Positions 24,813-26,641 of a stretch of DNA of 26,641 nucleotides are shown in pieces. The notes beneath the pieces were generated by a model. That model made no database searches and was not told the origin of the DNA. It saw only the letters and a program-made list of their open reading frames with translations. The DNA is from Utricularia gibba. Lineage: Eukaryota > Plantae > Magnoliophyta. Location: positions 1-26,641 of the forward strand of contig NEEC01000225.1 of NCBI GenBank assembly GCA_002189035.1, given 5' to 3'. A program made the translations under genes and the position numbers. Position 1 is the first letter of the stretch, and each line of letters starts with the position of its first letter.

Positions 24813-24877
24813 TAGATCATCATCATCTTCACTAACAACTTCGCCATTGCCCTAATCACCATTGCTCGTTTATTTGG

Positions 24878-24919
24878 GCATTCAGAAGCAATATGTCCAA
24901 GTCCCAAGCATTTGAAACA
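24878..24919 (-). other. Gag CCHC zinc knuckle CFKCLGLGHIASEC (missing from the ORF track because of flanking frameshifts)
   Basis: Manual minus-strand translation gives CX2CX4HX4C. Confidence 0.9.
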
Positions 24920-24921
24920 TT

Positions 24922-25962
24922 TTATGTTTCTGGTAGTTCCCTTTGGAGGTGTTGTTCGCTCCCTTGCTTGGAACTTGATTGGATGTCGAATTTGAAGTGT
25001 TCCATGGATGACTTCCCTTTATTTCTCTCCATCATCTCATTGGTGCCCCCAAATTTCGAACCAGAAGTCCTCTTGTTGAAATCTCTTGCGAAACTCTTGC
25101 TAGATAGTTGTTTCTCAACCTTTGTGGCCATATGAATCATGTCCTCCATCTCAATGTAGTGATGAAGCTCCACAATATTTGCAATCTCCTTATTCATCCC
25201 ATGAAGAAACCTAGCCATAGTTGCTTCTCTATCTTCCTGAACATGAGCTCTAATCAGTAAAATCTCCATTTCCTGCCAATATTCCTCCACTGGCCTTGAG
25301 CCCTGCTTGAGATTTTGCAAACGTTGATAAACATCTCTTTGGTAATGGTTTGGAACAAACCGCCTCCTCATAACTTTTTTCATCTCAACCCAAGTGTGAA
25401 TTGGTTCTTCAGAGTCAATCCTTCTTTTAGCCACCAATTGATCCCACCAAATGATAGCATACTCACTAAATTCCATGGAGGCCAATCTGATTTTCTTTTC
25501 GTCAGAGAAGGTGTTGCAATCAAAGACATGTTCTACTCTTGTTTCCCATTGGAGATATGCATCTGGATCATTCTTTCCTTGAAATTGAGGTATCTTCATC
25601 TTGATGTTGTTAACATCCTTTCCAATTCTTCCTCCGTCTCTTCTACCTCCCTGATCTCGAAATCTTCTTGTATCCCCATGCACAAAATCATTTTCACTAT
25701 ATTCAATGTAGTCATCTTCTTCATCATTATTCAGGGTTCGATCTCTTCTTCCAACAGTCCTTGCACTTCGTTGATCACTTAAGTCATGTTCAGTGTTGAT
25801 GCGTTGATGCAATTGACTACCTCGACCCCTTCCAGCAGCATAATTATCTTGTCTTCGTGCTCTTGCAACATTTTGCAAAGAATTTTCGTGTTCATCAAGC
25901 CTGACATTTATGTTTTCCAGAATGCGATGCAATCTAGTGAACTCCTGTTGCATAGCTTTCAA
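24922..25962 (-). CDS. gag: Gag (retrotransposon gag domain) fragment
   Basis: IKMKIPQFQGKNDPDAYLQWE...KIRLASMEFSEYAIIWW...WVEMKKVMRRRFVP...QGSRPVEEY...ARFLHGM is typical of CRM-type Gag. Confidence 0.9.
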   Translation of the reverse strand: MKAMQQEFTRLHRILENINVRLDEHENSLQNVARARRQDNYAAGRGRGSQLHQRINTEHDLSDQRSARTVGRRDRTLNNDEEDDYIEYSENDFVHGDTRRFRDQGGRRDGGRIGKDVNNIKMKIPQFQGKNDPDAYLQWETRVEHVFDCNTFSDEKKIRLASMEFSEYAIIWWDQLVAKRRIDSEEPIHTWVEMKKVMRRRFVPNHYQRDVYQRLQNLKQGSRPVEEYWQEMEILLIRAHVQEDREATMARFLHGMNKEIANIVELHHYIEMEDMIHMATKVEKQLSSKSFARDFNKRTSGSKFGGTNEMMERNKGKSSMEHFKFDIQSSSKQGSEQHLQRELPET

Positions 25963-26018
25963 AGTGAACCTCCATCCGGTGAGTCATCCTTTTCATGCTC
26001 ACTTCTGGAATTTGACAT

Positions 26019-26641
26019 GCTAAATACTGGACAAAAGAAAACGAGCAGCAAGGAAGAAAAGAGACTAAACTAAAAAGAACAAAGAAACACACACAAGATT
26101 TACCACTCAATACTCAAGCTTCAAGTCCTTGATGCACTCTTTAATGTCATCATGCTTGTTCTCATGGCATCTAACGAATTAATCACTTCCAGATTGGTAT
26201 TGATTATAGTGTAATGATGGAGTTAGGTGAGGGTGGCAGTATTAATAGTCTCAAGATGGAGACAAAGGGAAGTGTTTAAATTAAATTGGTTGCTTGTTGG
26301 AATAGATAAATAGGAAGGATGGACAACAAGGTAAGAACAGATGAAATCAGAGAATAGAGCACTACACACGAAATGTGTTGCTTGCTAAACTATAGAAATA
26401 CAGAAATGGGCAATCAACAAAGAGAATAGTCAAATGGAAAGGTGGGGACACGTGAATGACAGGGGATGGGAATTGAAGATAAGAAAAACAACAATAAAGT
26501 GGTTGGTTGGTGGAATGGGAAAAGTAGAGAGGTGGGCCACAATTTAAACATACATAATAATGGATGATAGTGATGAGTAATGGATATTCACCTTCACACT
26601 CCTTATCCTCTTGCACACTTGAAAATGATATTCAATGTGTT
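26019..26641 (-). other. Presumed 5' UTR of the CRM element (no PBS or 5' LTR found in the window)
   Basis: Non-coding, pyrimidine-rich on the element strand, upstream of the gag ATG. No TGGTATCAGAGC-like PBS and no match to the LTR end was seen. Confidence 0.55.

Larger units (their letters stand above)
21111..26018 (-). pseudogene. gag-pol: gag-pol polyprotein (~1630 aa if repaired), broken in this sequence by ~11 small frameshifts
   Basis: Likely start ATG at 26018 (MSNSRSEHEKDD...). Stop TAG at 21111-21113 after ...YLKMDLT, using the frame seen in the solo LTR. Successive ORF-track fragments join by frame changes. Confidence 0.85.
20127..26641 (-). mobile_element. Ty3/gypsy LTR retrotransposon, CRM clade; 5' LTR outside the window
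   Basis: Domain order gag-PR-RT-RH-IN (gypsy). LTR starts TGATG. PPT lies inside the integrase coding region and integrase continues into the 3' LTR with a GPMTR motif. These are established hallmarks of CRM elements. Confidence 0.93.

Noticed and set aside
23186-26073. Plus-strand ORFs antisense to gag-pol (e.g. 25315-25782, 23186-23368) and the minus ORF 26362-26616
   Set aside because: No recognisable motifs; they are low-complexity shadows of the coding strand or UTR.
26130-26641. TGATG at 26130 as the terminus of the 5' LTR or of a second nested element
   Set aside because: The adjacent sequence does not match this family's LTR end, no PBS follows it, no TSD can be tested, and a 5-mer is expected by chance. 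A 5' UTR is the simpler reading.

Overview
Plant (peri)centromeric-type DNA with no host genes. Bases 1-20126 are a head-to-tail satellite array (consensus monomer ~316 bp, ~64 monomer equivalents); I cannot assign the species or satellite name. The array is structured: a scrambled zone (~2940-13150, probably partly a consensus artefact), a 4-monomer ~1255-bp higher-order repeat (~14240-17230), mosaic monomers, and a divergent subfamily at the edge (~19350-20126). From 20127 to the window end lies a minus-strand Ty3/gypsy retrotransposon of the CRM (centromeric retrotransposon) clade. It has gag, zinc knuckle, protease, RT, RNase H and integrase with a CR-type C-terminus running into a TGATG-starting 3' LTR; its 5' LTR and PBS are not in the window. 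The most unusual structure is a complete 603-bp solo LTR of the same family inserted in inverted orientation inside that 3' LTR, flanked by a perfect 5-bp target-site duplication (AAAGA), which creates long fold-back arms. All of this is known types of biology in an unusual arrangement; I see no evidence for a new protein-coding system.
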